This document shows, one piece after another, positions 61,701 through 64,000 of a stretch of 64,000 nucleotides of DNA. The DNA lies in contig JAQGDQ010000372.1 of NCBI GenBank assembly GCA_030141605.1, forward strand, positions 1 to 64,000, read 5' to 3'. This stretch comes from Tubiluchus corallicola (lineage: Eukaryota > Animalia > Priapulida). A program made the position numbers and the translations under genes. The first letter of the stretch is position 1. Each line of letters opens with the position of its first letter. The notes beneath the pieces are model-generated. The model saw only the letters and a program-made list of their open reading frames with translations, ran no database searches and was not told the origin of the DNA.

Positions 61701-63555
61701 ACCTCCTCTCATCACCTTTTGTCTAAAAGGCCACCACAACTTCACAACTTACACAGCAATCAACCACCTACAGTGTGTCTACCAAGTCTCTCAGTTATAA
61801 TAAAAATCCTGGGTGAATAAAAATTTAACTATGTTGTACGAGATCCAAACCTTCAAATCACATCTTGGAAATACAAGAACTAGTTTCAGTTAACATTTAG
61901 TTCTTGTTCACCTAGGAATGTTAAACAGCAAAATGAGCTGCACTGAAAATCTACTTTTAACCTAAATCTTTTTTTTTTATTATTTATTATGAATTTATTC
62001 CACAGCAACTCAAACATACATATAACATTGAAAAAAATAAACTATGCGAGTTACTGTGAGGAGGGGGAAGGAGCATTGAGCTTTCAAGTCCTCCTCCAGA
62101 TAAGTGAAACAATTGACAATTAACATTACATTTTCATCAGTTATAACGTACATTAGAACAAAATAAGTTTTGTTAGTAACTTAAGATCAGGATGAGTAAA
62201 ATTGTGAGTTAATTATACAGTTGCAGTAGGTAATTCTTTGATGCTTTTTTAAATTGATAAAGATTAAGAGTTTTTATTTCACACGGAATTGATGACCATA
62301 TTTTAATAGCATTATATTTTGATGACTGTTTCATTATATCATCTAACAAAAGATATGAACTCACTACTCCACCAAGTTCGCTGATGAAGCTTATTGCATC
62401 GGGAACTGTCATATACGGTGTTTGGTCACGAGTTCCATCTTCCCAGAATTCCTCGTGCATGTTAGTTTTGTAATTCCAGCTAGTGATTAGGGGGCGTACT
62501 CCAGCTGGATGAATGTGACGTGGATTCACATAAAGAAATCCACAACTTTTTCCAGTGTACATCCATTTATGAATGGAACCTGCATAATTACAACAGTATT
62601 AATTGCCTATACATTACATAGACATAGACATTTTTATTTACACATTTTTATTTACACATTTATTTATCTCCACATTTACACCTGTATACAAATTGACTAA
62701 TTATTTTTTTTAGTTATTGATTAAAAAGGATAAATCAAGCATAAAGGAAAGAGTTAAGGGGGGTACAGGAGAAAGGGTAGTGAAAGACCAATTGGTCATC
62801 GAGTCAGCTACTCTTCTCAGGTTAGTGAAAATTGTAAAAAAATCTGTGGTGCTGCTGTTAACATGAATTTATGGGGGGATACATTAAGCATGAAAGTGAA
62901 ATAACTAAATAAACTATGCAACAAAGAAATAAAATGAAAAATATGAAATGATGATTAACAAAATATGTAAGGCATTTAACTAACCGATTAAAACAAAAAA
63001 CTAGAAAAAAGTCAAACCAAAAAAAAAAACATAAATAATAAATCAGTGAAAGAAACAAAATATGTAGTAATAAACTCAAGCAAAATATAATGAAGCAAAG
63101 ATATGCAATCGTGTCAAATTAAGCGTAATGATAAAATACTATGCAACGCAAGAACTAGTGCAGAAAACTAGTTACTAGTGACTAGTTACAGACTTTAACA
63201 AAAGTTAAGAGTGTAAAACAAATCTTTCCCAGAAGAAACTATAGTGCAAGTTTAATGCAGTGCTTACTGAATGATGACATAACAAAACAATGCGGAACTT
63301 AGAAAGATATGGTGCTAAGTTTTATATATCGCAATTTCAGAATTAACTCACATTGAAAATTTTTTAAAATATGATTTAAATGCGTGTATGTCAACTACTT
63401 ACTCGTATAAAAATCAACATCTAATGCATCTAAATTCAGTTCTAATTGTCCGGGGGCATGAGCACCATCTATGACAACAAGTATGTTCCGCTTGTGGCAT
63501 AAATTGATGATTTCTTCTATAGGCATCACAACAGCGGTTGGACTCGTAATATGAT
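58592..63555 (-). CDS. PLP-dependent aminotransferase class-V C-S lyase (L-cysteine desulfhydrase / Egt2 hercynylcysteine sulfoxide lyase / CefD-like), 5'-partial: join(63555-63403, 62579-62365, 60371-60210, 58774-58592)
   Basis: GT-AG introns with matching phases; DHITSP, IDGAHAPGQ, DFYTSSIHKW (PLP lysine), GTRD, WLRIS..YN motifs; N-terminal exons lie beyond the window. Confidence 0.9.
58895..59387 (-). mobile_element. Bipartite RTE-derived non-autonomous retroposon (5'UTR plus deleted 3' end)
   Basis: 3' part matches 27217-27578; extra 5' part gccggtcccaagctcggataaa...aagggcatcc; ~19-bp TSD tgcayataatcattyagtt. Confidence 0.88.
60210..60371 (-). CDS. Class-V lyase exon (AGIRTYCIPLADKAADYL...MRLIRLPEVKGYRSGNM)
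   Basis: Acceptor tttgttttag, donor ATG|gtaggt, 54 codons. Confidence 0.88.
60869..61715. repeat. 65-bp minisatellite, 13 copies
   Basis: Unit acaaaatctatgacttattgttgacactttactgcatagagatcatcagatggcctcctctcatc. Confidence 0.97.
61968..62330 (-). mobile_element. LINE 3' fragment (CR1/L2 group)
   Basis: YNAIKIWSSIPCEIKTLNLYQFKKASKNYLL*, 3'UTR stem-loop and poly-A tail. Confidence 0.75.
62365..62579 (-). CDS. Class-V lyase exon with PLP lysine (SIHKWMYTGKSCGFLYV...GTRDQTPY...LGGV)
   Basis: Acceptor attatgcag, donor GTA|gtgagt. Confidence 0.92.
63403..63555 (-). CDS. Class-V lyase exon (HITSPTAVVMP...IDGAHAPGQ...DFYT)
   Basis: Acceptor tttttttgacag, donor CGA|gtaagt. Confidence 0.92.
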
Positions 63556-64000
63556 CTGTCAAAAAAAGAAAATTGTTGCACTTTAGCAACATAGTACATG
63601 TTGAGCTCAGGAAAATAGAAACTACTTATAGAAAACAAGCAAAAGAAAAACAGTAAAATTAAAAAAAGGTTATTGTAACTGCAATATGCATAATGACACT
63701 TATTTATTGGAAGGTGCTGCCCTCTACGAGCAGTGTAGAGGGGAAAAGACAGGAGGGAAACAATGATGGTCGCGTTTTTATTCACAGCAATGTTTTTTGT
63801 CGTTATTGTGTTATAGTTAATAACAGCATTTAGTTATAACCAAATTTGTACCTTGAGAAATTTTAAATCTTGACGAAGAGCCAACGATGTAAGTTACATG
63901 AATTTAAATAATTTAATTAAGTTTATGAATTCGATCTCTGAAATTTGAGAAAGTACCTTTAGCAATAAGTTGACTTCTTCGTAATTACTAAGCTTCTGTT

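Overview
This is AT-rich, intron-rich eukaryotic DNA, most likely from an invertebrate animal (inference from gene and repeat content). I see no prokaryotic features and no CRISPR array. Two spliced protein-coding genes can be reconstructed by hand, both on the minus strand. (1) A complete Ral small GTPase gene has five coding exons (35469->13054, 200 aa, C-terminal CIIL), plus a candidate TATA-driven alternative first exon that would add 34 N-terminal residues in frame. (2) The last four coding exons (63555->58592) of a PLP-dependent class-V C-S lyase resemble L-cysteine desulfhydrase / Egt2 / CefD. Possible 5' exons of a third minus-strand gene lie at the left end (low confidence). The rest is introns and intergenic DNA packed with minisatellites, MITEs with readable TIRs and TSDs (hAT, piggyBac, Kolobok-like, Tc1/mariner-like), LINE 3' ends, RTE-derived non-autonomous elements, 5S- and tRNA-derived SINE pieces and a Gypsy gag remnant. 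The most notable oddities are a 1.15-kb array of U1-complementary GTAAGTAT motifs filling a 3'-UTR intron, arrays that end exactly at 3' splice sites, a microhomology-bounded templated insertion, a TSD-flanked structured GC-rich insert and a 5S-chimeric retroposon. All calls are by eye; repeat boundaries are approximate, and no system here can be shown to be undescribed without database searches.
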